A stretch of 64,000 nucleotides of DNA, taken from positions 319,412 to 383,411 of the IMG/VR virus record IMGVR_UViG_3300042868_005134, one strand, 5' to 3'. The position numbers and the translations under genes are program-made. This document shows, one piece after another, positions 1 to 10,643 of this stretch (position 1 is its first letter; each line of letters opens with the position of its first letter). A model generated the notes under the pieces. That model saw nothing but the letters and a program-made list of their open reading frames with translations. It ran no database searches and was not told the origin of the DNA.

Positions 1-3000
1 GGATAGCCTGATCACCATAACTGATACTGCCAACCGCAGTCGTTCCAGCTGACACAGCAGTACCACTATTTAAATAACTAAATTCAGTTGGACTAACATA
101 TGTCACTGACACTGATGTAGTTGTGTTGAATGAGGTATTAGCAAGTCCATCCACTGTGGTTATGGTAATATTCACACTTGTACCGCTAGTCAAGCCATGA
201 GGTGTAGTTGTGGTAATAGTTGCCGTACTTACCACACGCTCGACATATTGTACAGTTCGAGTTGTTAGTAAACTTTCGCCAGTGGGATAAGACAATTGAT
301 ATGAAAGTGTTCTGTAAACAGTTCCTTGTAAATCAGCATTTGTAAATTCCAATGCCGTGCTGGGTCGCACTGGTCTAACTCTTTCAACTCCAGTAAACCT
401 AAAGTTTTGTAGTCCACGTATTGTAACAATTTGATTATTGTCTAATGGAGCATTTAGTCCTGAACCACTAGCAGTGTTTAAATTTAATTTTACGACTGTT
501 CTAGCTTCTTTCGCGGTACCAGTTCCACTACCTATTCCTGTGGCAATAAATGTTACACCAATAGTGTTAGTTGCTGCGCCGCTGGCTGTAAAGTTTGGAC
601 TAGCGTCCAGCGTTAAAATAGTATATCGATAGCCGATAACAAATGAGCCGGGTGTAACGATTGCGCCACTCGGCCCAACACCTTCACCGTAGTCTGTGGT
701 TGTTTCTATATTGCTTATTTCGTAACGATCAATGTTGCCCAAGAATGTTCCTGTAATAGTACATAGTGTACCTGCACTTGGAGACTCTGCAGCCGTTGCC
801 ATGGCAACACCCTTAACTGTGGGCCACACACCAGCAGGACTTACACTGTATAATCCACCATCGGATACTGAAACACTAGTAACACCACCACCACCGTTGA
901 CAGTTTCAATTCTTAGTCTTGCTACAGTACCACCTGGATATAATGTACCTCCAACTATGGTAATAAAATCTCCTGCGGCGTACCCTGATCCAGCTGCTGC
1001 TATGGTAACGTTGTTAGGTAACGTAGTGGTATTGGCAATAAGGCTAGACTTTTTATTACTGTGATCCACTTCGAGTTCACTGACATTATAGATGGAAGGC
1101 TGAATAGTTAGTCCAGCGTAGGTATAAAAATCAATATAGACGCTTTCTTCATCTGCTAAATTCTTACTGGCAAACGAACCTTCGGAATATACCCTAGCAT
1201 TTTGTACCATGGTATCACCGAGTACAACTGGATCAGGTACTTCATTTGGATCCGAACCTGCAGCACGTAATCCGTATTCTCCGTTACAGCTAGAGCCGTT
1301 TAAACTTCGAATTTGTCCACCATTAAGCGCATAGTAACTGGTCCAGTTATAGTATGTGAATACGCTAACTGCTTCAGCAATTCCGTTATTGGTACAAACA
1401 AGTCCATAACCCAAGTCATTAACCTGTGTAAAGTCATTGGACAACATACTTCTATTACCAGCAGTTTCTATTATAATGCTAACAGGCACGGTGTAGGCTG
1501 GTGAATAAGGAGTGGCAATGTCAAGCAGTACTGTACAAGTGCCGGTGCTACGATTGTAGCTTTCAACAGCATTGATTTGATAACGAGCACCGTTAATATA
1601 AAAACTGTTAGGAACTTGAGGTGCTCTTACAATGAGTCCGTCCAACAATAGTTCTGTAACAGAATTCTTTCCAATAATTCTTGCTGGTAAGTTACCATTA
1701 AATCCGTCGATAAACATGCCGCCGCGGAATGCTTTTTTATTAACACTGCCACTTAGACTTGTTAAGGTTTGGAAATAAGGCGATTTAGTCTGTATTTGAC
1801 CTTCTGGATCAAGTACACACATGAATCCGCCGTGTCCTTGAGCAGTGATGTTTCTCAAAATTGTTCCGTCATTCAACATGAACACATCCATGTCTTTGTT
1901 CTGCTTTGGAGGATTATTAACACCCACAATGGTATTGATAATACCATTAACAAGATCTGCCACCTGTATGTTAGCACCAACTTCACTAGTGCCTCCACTG
2001 GTATTTTGTGTGATGGGAGTGACTATTCCGCCAACTGTTCCTGATATATTTCGTTTACCAACTGTGGCTCCACTGCCTGCCGGCACACTAGGAGTCGCAA
2101 TAGTAGTTTTTGGCAGTATCAATTGAACAAGTTCGTTGATGTAATTGATACCATCAAGCGTTTCTGTCAATTGAGTTGTTATGGCAATTAAAGCACTGGC
2201 GTTTCTTCTATAGGCCTGTGCTGCCGCAATGGTTCTAGTAGTTCCACCATTGGTGATATCGTATACCAATGCGTCAACAATGTAGCCAACATCGCGGGCA
2301 CACAATGTTTGATTGTAACTGGCGGCAAATGTCGTGCCATATTTGGCATTGATATACAGTACAGTCTCTACTTGTATAAAAGATTTGTTATTGTTTAACA
2401 AACTGGCAGCGTTGGTCCTACCTGAAGATTTTAAAATACTGTCATCAAAGATGCCACTAACACCACTAGGGTCTGTTAGGTAATGATATCCGAAGTTTGT
2501 GTTGGTAGGAGCAAGTCCAGAACTATTTAATCCTCGTACTGTGGCACCTAAAAGTGTGACACTTGGAGCATGACCAATTTCAAATTCGGTGGTGCTTATA
2601 ATTCTTGTCACGGTAGTTGCTGGAGAAAATGATCCTGTTCCAGCAGTAACATACATGTACATTCCAGTTTCTAATCCTGTTGTACTAGACACTGTAACTT
2701 TGTAATAGGCAGGACTTCCCACATACTCTGTATTTGCAGGAACAAAGCTACTGGCCGCACTGGCCGCAGAAGTATACGTTCTGGTCATAGCGTCGAAAGT
2801 ACTGTCTCTATAAAAATACATTGCTGCCCATGGGCTGGTACTTACACCTGGAGCTGGTCTGATAATTACACGTCGGAATTCGTCGCCTTTGATAGACACG
2901 TTGGTAGGCACACGAATAGGCATCTGTTCGTAGTAAATACCACTTTCTACTCTGACGGTAATTTGTAATTCAGGAACAGGCTGACCAAATTCTAGTGGTT

Positions 3001-4990
3001 CGTCATCTAAAAATTCTAATGCTGTGCCGTTGCCGCTTAGGCCGTATTGTACAATATTTGTAATACTGGCTACTAGTCTAGTTATCAATGTTCCGGCAGC
3101 TGCTTCTCCTGCTGTGCCTAGGGTGTTTTGTGTACTGGGCACAGCTCTAAAACCAAAACCGGTCGAAGTAGTTGCGACAGGAATAACAGTATTGGTGATA
3201 ATCTGCTGAGCAAGCAAGTTGATATAATTGATACCATCGATAGTTTCAGTTACTTGTCCTGCCGGTAACACTGAAACTGCACCATTAAAGTAAGCTCTTG
3301 CGGCACGTATGGTCCTGGTGTTTCCGCCATACCTAGTATCAAATACTAGCGCATCAACAATGATCCCAGTATCTCTGCTGCACTTTATTTCGTCAAATAT
3401 CAAACTAGGGTATTTGTCCTTGATGTATTCAACTACTTCGGCGGCAATAAATGCTCTATTATCTTCTAAATTTTGCGCGGCGTACTTGTAGTCTGATTGA
3501 AAATATGTAACATCATCTATGGTATGAAGCAACTCTACAAGATAAGAATCAGTAAGACTAACTGGAGCAGTATATGTGATAACACGACCTGTGGCACCAC
3601 TACGTATGCCTTTAACAATACTGCCTTCTCTCAAATCTCTGTTATTGGCGTCTTTACTCTGATCCACTCCGCCGCCATTAGTATAAACATTTAATGTTCT
3701 ACGCACACCTGTGCCTGTACTAAAACTATCTAAATAGGCAAAGTTTGTGTTGTTGCCGTATGTTATTTGTTGTCTATATGGACCAGGTTCTGTGAGTGAT
3801 TGATTTATTAAATCTTCAGCACGTTGACAGGCTCTATTTATGGTGGCAAACGCATAGGCAAATGCTCTACCTTGTTTTTCCAAAGGTACATTGTCCTGAT
3901 CATCTATGCCTGAATTGGCCACAAACAAATTGGATTGGCTGGCAAAACTGGAACTGTCCACGTAGAATTTTGTAGCTGCCTGTAAATCATCTGTTCCGTT
4001 GGGACTACCTTGTCCTGCAAATTCTCCAGGATGGTCGTGCAAATATAATGCGCCAGCCATGTGATCACCTTGTCTTCGCACAACTGATTTTCTAGGCAAT
4101 GCTTCATTGCTGACCCAGAAACCGTCTAGTTCATATCCGTCCTCATCTTCGGTCATGTACATGGCATCAGTTAGATATTCTGTACCTCTGTCAATTGCGG
4201 GAACGTTGGGATCGTTCACTATAATTCTAGCAATATCATCAATGGCGTTGTCTCTAGTCAAGTAAACGCCCATTCTATCTTTGGTAATGTATCTTAAATA
4301 ATATGTGTCACCGATAGTTAAACCTGTGGCAGGAGCACTTCCTGTAATACTGTATACATAGGCAATACCGTTGCTACCACTGTTAAATCCATGATCGGGG
4401 ATACTGGCATAACCATTTACCCATAAATCTATAATGATTGTATATTCGGAAGCATTCAAAGGTTCGTCACGAATACGAATTTGACTGCCAGTACCGGGTC
4501 CACCATTGGCTTGTAGGTACCGTTGGTCAGCATAACCTTTGTTGATAACAAGGTCGTCTGCGGTAAGCGATGTGCTGTGTAAAGCATTGAATAACACCGC
4601 AGTTTCGTCTGTAGGTTCGGCCAAATTTCCAATTGTAAAATTTTGTGCGTTTAAGTGCCCGCCTAGATTGGGTCTAATATCATTACCAACTTTACCACCA
4701 GTGCTGATAATACGTATTTGATTTTCATCAGTATGATCAACACTGATGCCTTCGCCGCCTACTAGTTCTTTAGCAACGAGACTGTCCCCTTCAGCATTGG
4801 AAACAATTACCTGATCGGCACCATATGTTTCAGGCGTGTCATCTAGATCTTTAAAGCTGATGGTATCACCAGCGCCAAAGATAGAAAATAATTGTACAAA
4901 GTTTTCATTAACTTTACGGAAAGATTCGCGAATACTATCGCCGGTGCCGTCATTACCTTGTACACCAATATCAACGTTTTGTCTTGCCAT
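1..4990 (-). CDS. Very large virion structural protein (tail fibre/baseplate-associated), runs off the left edge of the window
   Basis: ATG at 4990 reads MARQNVDIGVQGNDGTGDSIRESFRKVNENF, the NDGTGD motif of T4-like baseplate/fibre N-termini. Internal repeats CSRDTGIIVDAL and CARDVGYIVDAL; G/T/S-rich. Absent from the ORF track, consistent with no stop inside the window. Confidence 0.8.
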   Translation of the reverse strand, partial: MARQNVDIGVQGNDGTGDSIRESFRKVNENFVQLFSIFGAGDTISFKDLDDTPETYGADQVIVSNAEGDSLVAKELVGGEGISVDHTDENQIRIISTGGKVGNDIRPNLGGHLNAQNFTIGNLAEPTDETAVLFNALHSTSLTADDLVINKGYADQRYLQANGGPGTGSQIRIRDEPLNASEYTIIIDLWVNGYASIPDHGFNSGSNGIAYVYSITGSAPATGLTIGDTYYLRYITKDRMGVYLTRDNAIDDIARIIVNDPNVPAIDRGTEYLTDAMYMTEDEDGYELDGFWVSNEALPRKSVVRRQGDHMAGALYLHDHPGEFAGQGSPNGTDDLQAATKFYVDSSSFASQSNLFVANSGIDDQDNVPLEKQGRAFAYAFATINRACQRAEDLINQSLTEPGPYRQQITYGNNTNFAYLDSFSTGTGVRRTLNVYTNGGGVDQSKDANNRDLREGSIVKGIRSGATGRVITYTAPVSLTDSYLVELLHTIDDVTYFQSDYKYAAQNLEDNRAFIAAEVVEYIKDKYPSLIFDEIKCSRDTGIIVDALVFDTRYGGNTRTIRAARAYFNGAVSVLPAGQVTETIDGINYINLLAQQIITNTVIPVATTSTGFGFRAVPSTQNTLGTAGEAAAGTLITRLVASITNIVQYGLSGNGTALEFLDDEPLEFGQPVPELQITVRVESGIYYEQMPIRVPTNVSIKGDEFRRVIIRPAPGVSTSPWAAMYFYRDSTFDAMTRTYTSAASAASSFVPANTEYVGSPAYYKVTVSSTTGLETGMYMYVTAGTGSFSPATTVTRIISTTEFEIGHAPSVTLLGATVRGLNSSGLAPTNTNFGYHYLTDPSGVSGIFDDSILKSSGRTNAASLLNNNKSFIQVETVLYINAKYGTTFAASYNQTLCARDVGYIVDALVYDITNGGTTRTIAAAQAYRRNASALIAITTQLTETLDGINYINELVQLILPKTTIATPSVPAGSGATVGKRNISGTVGGIVTPITQNTSGGTSEVGANIQVADLVNGIINTIVGVNNPPKQNKDMDVFMLNDGTILRNITAQGHGGFMCVLDPEGQIQTKSPYFQTLTSLSGSVNKKAFRGGMFIDGFNGNLPARIIGKNSVTELLLDGLIVRAPQVPNSFYINGARYQINAVESYNRSTGTCTVLLDIATPYSPAYTVPVSIIIETAGNRSMLSNDFTQVNDLGYGLVCTNNGIAEAVSVFTYYNWTSYYALNGGQIRSLNGSSCNGEYGLRAAGSDPNEVPDPVVLGDTMVQNARVYSEGSFASKNLADEESVYIDFYTYAGLTIQPSIYNVSELEVDHSNKKSSLIANTTTLPNNVTIAAAGSGYAAGDFITIVGGTLYPGGTVARLRIETVNGGGGVTSVSVSDGGLYSVSPAGVWPTVKGVAMATAAESPSAGTLCTITGTFLGNIDRYEISNIETTTDYGEGVGPSGAIVTPGSFVIGYRYTILTLDASPNFTASGAATNTIGVTFIATGIGSGTGTAKEARTVVKLNLNTASGSGLNAPLDNNQIVTIRGLQNFRFTGVERVRPVRPSTALEFTNADLQGTVYRTLSYQLSYPTGESLLTTRTVQYVERVVSTATITTTTPHGLTSGTSVNITITTVDGLANTSFNTTTSVSVTYVSPTEFSYLNSGTAVSAGTTAVGSISYGDQAI

Positions 4991-4991
4991 T

Positions 4992-5345
4992 TTATTCCCC
5001 TACGTGATCGTAGAACTCATCTGCTACTGAAAAACTGCTTCCGCAACCGCATGTTGTTTGTGCGTTGGGATTTTTGATAGAAAACGTAGCGCCCATAAGA
5101 TCTTCTTTATAATCTATTTCAGCATCGTTTAAGTATGTCATACTCATGCTGTCCACAAGCAAAGAAACGCCTGATTTTTCAATACTGAAATCGTCATCGT
5201 TTTGTGCTTCGTCAAAGGTAAACCCATAGCTCATGCCGCTACAGCCCCCGCCTTGTACAAAAACACGCAATTTTAAGTTAGGATTGCTTTCTTCGGCTAT
5301 TAAGTCTTTGATTTTTTCTACGCAAGAATCTGATAGTGTTAACAT
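4992..5345 (-). CDS. erpA: A-type iron-sulfur cluster carrier ErpA/IscA
   Basis: [17 protein letters not shown] and C-terminal [14 protein letters not shown] motifs. Confidence 0.93.
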   Translation of the reverse strand: MLTLSDSCVEKIKDLIAEESNPNLKLRVFVQGGGCSGMSYGFTFDEAQNDDDFSIEKSGVSLLVDSMSMTYLNDAEIDYKEDLMGATFSIKNPNAQTTCGCGSSFSVADEFYDHVGE

Positions 5346-5403
5346 GTTTTTCCCTTTATAGAATATTTATCGTATATTTTTATAACCTTAATGTAAATAG
5401 TGT

Positions 5404-5691
5404 ATGTACTTGAGTAAAGAATACCGAACAATAACCTATACCAGAACCAGTAAGTTAGGGCATGAGCATGAGTATACCCGCACTCGAACTCTATTAATGT
5501 TTAGGTGTGACAATTGCGGCGAACTGTTCACTAGACTCAAAGAGAAGATGAGTCCGGCAAGATTAAGCAATAATTATTTTCATTGTTGCGAGCACTGCGA
5601 TGTCAAACGATTCGCACAAAAGAAAGGCGCAGAGCGTAGGACTATATGGGATAAGCCAGCAAGTAGCCTTGATGATATTAGCAAGATATAA
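5404..5691 (+). CDS. Hypothetical Cys-rich (zinc-binding) protein
   Basis: CDNC and CEHC pairs; TAAATA motif just upstream. Confidence 0.6.
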   Translation: MYLSKEYRTITYTRTSKLGHEHEYTRTRTLLMFRCDNCGELFTRLKEKMSPARLSNNYFHCCEHCDVKRFAQKKGAERRTIWDKPASSLDDISKI

Positions 5692-5716
5692 ATAAATCAT
5701 TAAGGAGGAACACAGA

Positions 5717-6061
5717 ATGTTCAACACAATTAAAGAGTTTATTTTTGGAAAACCAGCACCAGTGGCTGATGTAGTTGCACCCGGTGGTGCACCATACAAA
5801 ATCGATCCTGTTGTATCAGGTGAAGATAGAACTGGAGTTGCTAAGGAAACTCCAAGTCATATACAAAATGAACAACGTCAGCACACCGCAACAGTAGCAG
5901 AACACGTAGTTATTCCGGCCGGTACAGAAGCTTCAATTGCAGCACCTGTTAAGCAGCCACGTACTCCTAAAGCAGTTATAGAAAAGACAGTCGTAAAAAA
6001 AGCGGCCCCTGTTAAGAAGGCCGCCGCCATTAAAGCTGCCCCTAAGTCAAAGAAGGTCTAA
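5717..6061 (+). CDS. Hypothetical protein with Lys/Ala/Pro-rich histone-like tail
   Basis: AGGAGG RBS; C-terminus KKAAPVKKAAAIKAAPKSKKV. Confidence 0.65.
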   Translation: MFNTIKEFIFGKPAPVADVVAPGGAPYKIDPVVSGEDRTGVAKETPSHIQNEQRQHTATVAEHVVIPAGTEASIAAPVKQPRTPKAVIEKTVVKKAAPVKKAAAIKAAPKSKKV

Positions 6062-7084
6062 TTCTTTAGCCCTGTTAGCTAGTGTAAAACTAGCTAAGTT
6101 TTTGCCCTTAGATTCGCACATAATATCATGTGTGTCTAAAAAGCTCAAAGCCCAATCATTAACACTACTATTCCAGTAGAAGTTAGAGTGGGCTCTGAGC
6201 TTTTGTCTTTTATAACCAGATTCAATTAACTGTTTAAAGTCGGGCATAGTTTTGTCACAGTGATCAACAAGGCAATCTTCCCTACTCACGCTATAATGAA
6301 TAACAGGCCGGACACCGCGCCAGCTGTCAATTATGCGTAATACTCTATCATCGGAGGGTTGAATGTAACCTCCAGTATTGATCCAGTTATGGTGTATATC
6401 AAGCACAAGGGCGCAGTGATTGACAAGTTCGAGACTGCTATCAACTCCCCAGGACATTTCGTCGTTTTCAATTGTGATAACGTTTCTTGCTTCGGGGGTA
6501 AGTCGTCCGAGTACATCTTTAATGCCTTGGGGACCTTTTCGACCCGAAATGTGTACGTTGACTTTAAAGTCCTGGAACGACTTACCGTATCCCATCCACC
6601 GGGCCATATCCACATGATATTCAAACTCCTCTATACTTCTATTTACAATATCTGGAGTATCACTAGCAAGCACAGTAAACTGACCAGGGTGCATAGACAG
6701 GCGAACACCCATCTTGCGAGACAGATCTCCCACGATTCGAAATTCTCTTTCGCAATAGGCTCTAACGTCGCTAGTCCGCCAAAACCAAGCCCAATCACAC
6801 TGAGTGTACACAGGCAGGATATCGCTGCTGAGTCGTACCATTCTAAGATTTTCATCAAGTGTTCCTACACGTTCAACAAGTTTGCGGATACTTTCGATGT
6901 TACCTTTCATGAGGTCCCACAGCTTTTCTACTGCCACATCCTTGTGCTGTCTATTTAACCAAGAAACTGTAGTGCTACCTGTGTTAAAGATTTTACAGTC
7001 ATCCTTGGGTTTAATGCCGTTAACTTGCTCGGGACGATCAATCCATTTACAAGCAAAACCAATACGCTTAATCATATTAACCAA
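6047..7084 (-). CDS. uvsE: UV damage endonuclease UvsE/UvdE
   Basis: RIGFAC, RLSSD, RLSMHPGQF, TIENDE, LVLDIHH, HYS, RAHS and MCESK motifs. Confidence 0.92.
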   Translation of the reverse strand: MVNMIKRIGFACKWIDRPEQVNGIKPKDDCKIFNTGSTTVSWLNRQHKDVAVEKLWDLMKGNIESIRKLVERVGTLDENLRMVRLSSDILPVYTQCDWAWFWRTSDVRAYCEREFRIVGDLSRKMGVRLSMHPGQFTVLASDTPDIVNRSIEEFEYHVDMARWMGYGKSFQDFKVNVHISGRKGPQGIKDVLGRLTPEARNVITIENDEMSWGVDSSLELVNHCALVLDIHHNWINTGGYIQPSDDRVLRIIDSWRGVRPVIHYSVSREDCLVDHCDKTMPDFKQLIESGYKRQKLRAHSNFYWNSSVNDWALSFLDTHDIMCESKGKNLASFTLANRAKELDLL

Positions 7085-7144
7085 TCAAAAAAATAGACAT
7101 AGTGTATTGTAACATCTATGTCTATTAAAAGCAATCACATTGGA

Positions 7145-7699
7145 TTATTCAAACAAGTTTTCATTCCATTCTCTATGACCTTCTCGGAAAGCCATATTGC
7201 TTTGTGTCTCACGCACTTCAACACGATAACACCACAGCCGCTTGCTTTCGCCTTCACCCCACATCTCAGGAATGTAAACTCCGTTAACGTATTTGTAAAG
7301 CATATCGCTAAGACCTTCACAGCCTAGTTTTGGAAGAACAACAATTTTAGCCATGTTACGTTCTTGTAGCAGTTTGAATGTAGCCATTTCTGGATCATCT
7401 TGCGCCACAATAAGTGTATGATCAAATTGGTCTTCTAGGATCTTTTTAAGTTCTTTTAAACCACCATAGTCTGCCGCCCAATTACGAACGTCGAGATCAT
7501 TAGTTCCAAAATAAAACTTCATACTAAACGAGTAACCGTGAATTAAATTACAGTGACTGTCAGATCGCCATTGGCGATAAGCGCAAGGGAATGAGTCGTG
7601 ATACTCTTTTGTGCTTGTGTACTTATACAACACCGGTTTAGTGTTTTCTAAGTTGTCTTCTAAGTGACGAATTAAGTCACTGGTTGATGATATTGCCAT
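7145..7699 (-). CDS. queD: 6-pyruvoyl/6-carboxy-tetrahydropterin synthase (QueD family)
   Basis: HCNLIHGYS, FDHT, E-x-L and VRET motifs of the T-fold PTPS/QueD family. Confidence 0.82.
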   Translation of the reverse strand: MAISSTSDLIRHLEDNLENTKPVLYKYTSTKEYHDSFPCAYRQWRSDSHCNLIHGYSFSMKFYFGTNDLDVRNWAADYGGLKELKKILEDQFDHTLIVAQDDPEMATFKLLQERNMAKIVVLPKLGCEGLSDMLYKYVNGVYIPEMWGEGESKRLWCYRVEVRETQSNMAFREGHREWNENLFE

Positions 7700-7702
7700 T
7701 AT

Positions 7703-7770
7703 ATTCTCCTATGTTAAATTATAGCATAGGCGGCAGAGTTTGTAAAGCGGGAGTGACGCCAAGACCGCTA
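7703..7770 (-). promoter_or_regulatory. Candidate cis-regulatory RNA (pseudoknot plus SD-sequestering hairpin) in the queD 5' UTR
   Basis: AGCGG/CCGCU stem; loop GGCG can pair with downstream CGCC; adjacent CCUAUG/CAUAGG hairpin covers the SD AGGAGA. Confidence 0.45.
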
Positions 7771-7779
7771 GACTAATAT

Positions 7780-8346
7780 TTATTGTTTGCGTTCCCACAC
7801 CCAATATAATCGTTCATTTCGCTGATTTTCAAATTCCACAACAGGTTGCGTATATAGTTCTAAACCATATAATTTACCTGCTTCTATTATATCAGCTAAG
7901 TTCCATATATAAAATATGTCAGCTATGCCTTGCTTTCGACTGGCCAAGCTGGCTAGTGTCCTACATCGCATAAACAATCGTCCGTTAACCTTAAGCCATT
8001 TACTAATGATACTTAATTGATTAAATGTATGAACTTTGTTGCCAAAATGTAAACTACCTAACGCAACTATTGCATCCGCAGATTCTGGCTCAAAATGAAC
8101 AGTTTCTATATCTGCTTGTAAGTCAGCGGTAGGATAAGGTAGTCGATCAAACCCTATAAGATTTTTAACATGCGGTTTTAACTGATTGAAACCGCATCCA
8201 ACATCGATCACTAACAACGGACTCATCGAATTTAACTCTTTAGCAAGGGTAAATAGCGTTCGACGATGATCTGGATTCGTAGGACTACCCGGCGGATTAT
8301 TGATATCCGGCAGATAAGTCTTATCAATCTTATCTTGCAATGACAT
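7780..8346 (-). CDS. Class I SAM-dependent methyltransferase-like protein
   Basis: VIDVGCG motif I and ALGSLHFG; paralog of 10737 and 50817. Confidence 0.75.
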   Translation of the reverse strand: MSLQDKIDKTYLPDINNPPGSPTNPDHRRTLFTLAKELNSMSPLLVIDVGCGFNQLKPHVKNLIGFDRLPYPTADLQADIETVHFEPESADAIVALGSLHFGNKVHTFNQLSIISKWLKVNGRLFMRCRTLASLASRKQGIADIFYIWNLADIIEAGKLYGLELYTQPVVEFENQRNERLYWVWERKQ

Positions 8347-9524
8347 TAACCTACCTTAAGCAACATAGTTTCTTCGTTAAGACGACCATTCATCATGGTG
8401 TCTGTAGCATTGATTTCATCCAAGAACTTTCGAAGCGCAATCTTACCAGCTGCCTTAAACTCTTTGAGTTTTTCTTCCGGCTTTCGCAGTGTCTTACAAA
8501 TGCTCTTGATTTGATCAAAGCCTGTGATTGTGGTTCCTTTAACACCGAGAGTATTAAATTCTGAGGCAACATACTTGCCCAATTTACGGCTCTTGGTATT
8601 ATAGACCCACAATTCGCCTGCGCCGATAATGTCCACAGGGTTAACACTAACCAACTTTAAGGGTTCGTTAGTTTTCATGTACTTGAGCTTGGCAACGACC
8701 TTGCTGGTGTCTGTTGGCTTTTTGGCACGAGGCTTTTTGTTCACCTTGGCTTCTTGCATCAACATAGTACAGGCAGTTTGTACTTCAGTCAAAAACTGAA
8801 TAAAGTTTTTAATCTGTTTGCGGCTACGATGCTTGTAGCCTTCTTTCAATTGTTCGTCGGCATTACCGCTGGCAAGTTCTTCAAGCTCTGCTAAGTCACG
8901 GGCATAAAAGTCTTTAATGATACGGGCATGTGCTGCCTTGGCCTGCTGACTCTTCAACAAGTTTAGAACCTTAAATGCTTTTGGATCAAATGCGTCAGGA
9001 TCAGTTTGAAAGCTTTCGTAGGCGTTTTCAATTTCTTCAGTCATTTTATATGCGGCATCTCGCACCCGTTCCTGAATCGAAGGAACATATACATTAGTCT
9101 TGACTGCTTGCGCCGCAACCGCATCTTCGTCGATATCGTTCTTGCCTTCGTCGATAACTTTGGCAATTTCTTTACCTAACCAAGTGGCAGTATCGCGGCC
9201 ATTGTTGAAGTCCGGTCGTGTGCTTTGCATACCACGAAGTAGGCAAGAGGCAATTGAACCCACTGTCAATGAGCAACGATTGTCTTTGGTTTTCTTAAAA
9301 CTAGCAATGGTCTTTTTGTCGTAGCCGTTTTTACCCATCCAGTCAATAACTTTGCCTTTGAGTTCTTTACTGCTAGACTCCATACGGTAGTAGGCCATAG
9401 AGCTGTGAAAATAGCGAAGAAATTGATTTTCGTCCCACGCCTCACAACCAACCCAACTAGGACTGTAATCGCGTTTGGCTTTTTCGCGGATTGCGATAGA
9501 TGCTTTTTTAAGGTTAGTTGCCAT
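8346..9524 (-). CDS. Hypothetical phage protein (392 aa)
   Basis: Long ORF downstream of a sigma70-type promoter; no recognisable family. Confidence 0.7.
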   Translation of the reverse strand: MATNLKKASIAIREKAKRDYSPSWVGCEAWDENQFLRYFHSSMAYYRMESSSKELKGKVIDWMGKNGYDKKTIASFKKTKDNRCSLTVGSIASCLLRGMQSTRPDFNNGRDTATWLGKEIAKVIDEGKNDIDEDAVAAQAVKTNVYVPSIQERVRDAAYKMTEEIENAYESFQTDPDAFDPKAFKVLNLLKSQQAKAAHARIIKDFYARDLAELEELASGNADEQLKEGYKHRSRKQIKNFIQFLTEVQTACTMLMQEAKVNKKPRAKKPTDTSKVVAKLKYMKTNEPLKLVSVNPVDIIGAGELWVYNTKSRKLGKYVASEFNTLGVKGTTITGFDQIKSICKTLRKPEEKLKEFKAAGKIALRKFLDEINATDTMMNGRLNEETMLLKVG

Positions 9525-9554
9525 ACTTGCTCCAATGTGTTAAACAATATGTAT

Positions 9555-9583
9555 ATTATACAGTCAATTTATCTAGAAGTCAA
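9555..9583 (-). promoter_or_regulatory. Sigma70-type promoter
   Basis: TTGACT-17 nt-TATAAT. Confidence 0.75.
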
Positions 9584-9643
9584 GGCTTTTTTAGCCAAAA
9601 GAAAACCCGCCTGTTTAGCTATGCCAAAGTGAGGTGGGCCAAA

Positions 9644-9889
9644 TTATTTCTTTTTAGCGTCTGCTGGAGGTGCCTCTTTTGGTTTTTCAACTTTGGGCAT
9701 TTCTTTTGAAGGCTTTTTACATTCAGTTTTGTCAGCATTGGCTTTGTCCTTACAATCAATCTTTGCTGATTTTGGAACTCTAGCTTCTACTGTTTTATTA
9801 CCAACTTTGATGTCTTTGGTTTCTTCTTTGGCTTGAACCGGACTGGCAAGAACTAATGCCAAACCCATAACAAAAATAATATTCTTCAT
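9644..9889 (-). CDS. Small secreted Lys-rich protein
   Basis: Signal peptide MKNIIFVMGLALVLASPVQA; AGGAG RBS. Confidence 0.65.
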   Translation of the reverse strand: MKNIIFVMGLALVLASPVQAKEETKDIKVGNKTVEARVPKSAKIDCKDKANADKTECKKPSKEMPKVEKPKEAPPADAKKK

Positions 9890-9910
9890 GTTTATCTCCT
9901 ACGTAACTAT

Positions 9911-10201
9911 TTATCGTTGATAGCAGGTACGTTCACGAAGGATAGTACCATCTTGTTGTTGGACTTCTCTCCAAGAACTACACACCGTTTGTTGTTGTAA
10001 AATAATGGGTTGTTGTTCTATTACAACAGGTTGAGGAGTTGGTCGTGTTAGCACATAAGTAACTACACCTCCAATAATAGCAGGTGCCATCCAATTGTTG
10101 GCACTGCCATGCCAGTGATGATGTCTTAGGCCGTGTCCATGATGCTGTGCCATGGCAGGAACAGAAATCATCAACATTAAAGCTAACATAAATTTTTTCA
10201 T
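9911..10201 (-). CDS. Small secreted/membrane His-rich protein
   Basis: Signal peptide, His-rich stretch and one hydrophobic segment; AGGAG RBS. Confidence 0.6.
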   Translation of the reverse strand: MKKFMLALMLMISVPAMAQHHGHGLRHHHWHGSANNWMAPAIIGGVVTYVLTRPTPQPVVIEQQPIILQQQTVCSSWREVQQQDGTILRERTCYQR

Positions 10202-10421
10202 ACCGAACTCCTAAACTAATATTTATTCTAGAAGTTTGGGGTGTTACCCCCAAACTTCGTAGTACTTCTTCATTGCTAACTGTCTAGCTAGCCATAATCT
10301 AAACTTTACATGATCTGATAGTTCATCATCTTGAACTAACTTACCAAACTCTGCACTTCGTCGATTACGACCAAAAGTGACCTCATCGTCTATTATGAGG
10401 TCACTGTGTTCTAGATCAAAA

Positions 10422-10643
10422 TTACTTTGCTGGAACAGCAGGCTTTGCGTCTGCTTTAGATGCGTCTTTCTTAGCAGGCTCACTTTTTGCAGGCTTCTTT
10501 TCGTCCTTCTTAACTTCTTTCTTTGCTTCTACTTTAGCTGGAGCACTTACGGCAGCGGCAGGAGCAGCCGGCGCCTTAGCTGGCTCAGCGGCGAATACAG
10601 TTGCGGCAAACATTGTTGCGATTAGAGTTGCGATCAATTTCAT
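10422..10643 (-). CDS. Secreted Ala/Lys/Pro-rich protein (Asr-like composition)
   Basis: Signal peptide MKLIATLIATMFAATVFA followed by a low-complexity AKP tail. Confidence 0.6.
   Translation of the reverse strand: MKLIATLIATMFAATVFAAEPAKAPAAPAAAVSAPAKVEAKKEVKKDEKKPAKSEPAKKDASKADAKPAVPAK

Noticed and set aside
438-5077. Many short + strand ORFs in the ORF track
   Set aside because: They are antisense shadows of the long minus-strand structural gene. The same applies to most + strand ORFs opposite minus-strand genes and to ORFs overlapping tRNAs.
10244-10483. 79-aa ORF overlapping the Ala/Lys-rich gene
   Set aside because: The start is unclear and overlaps the upstream gene. A shorter gene may exist, but its boundaries cannot be supported.
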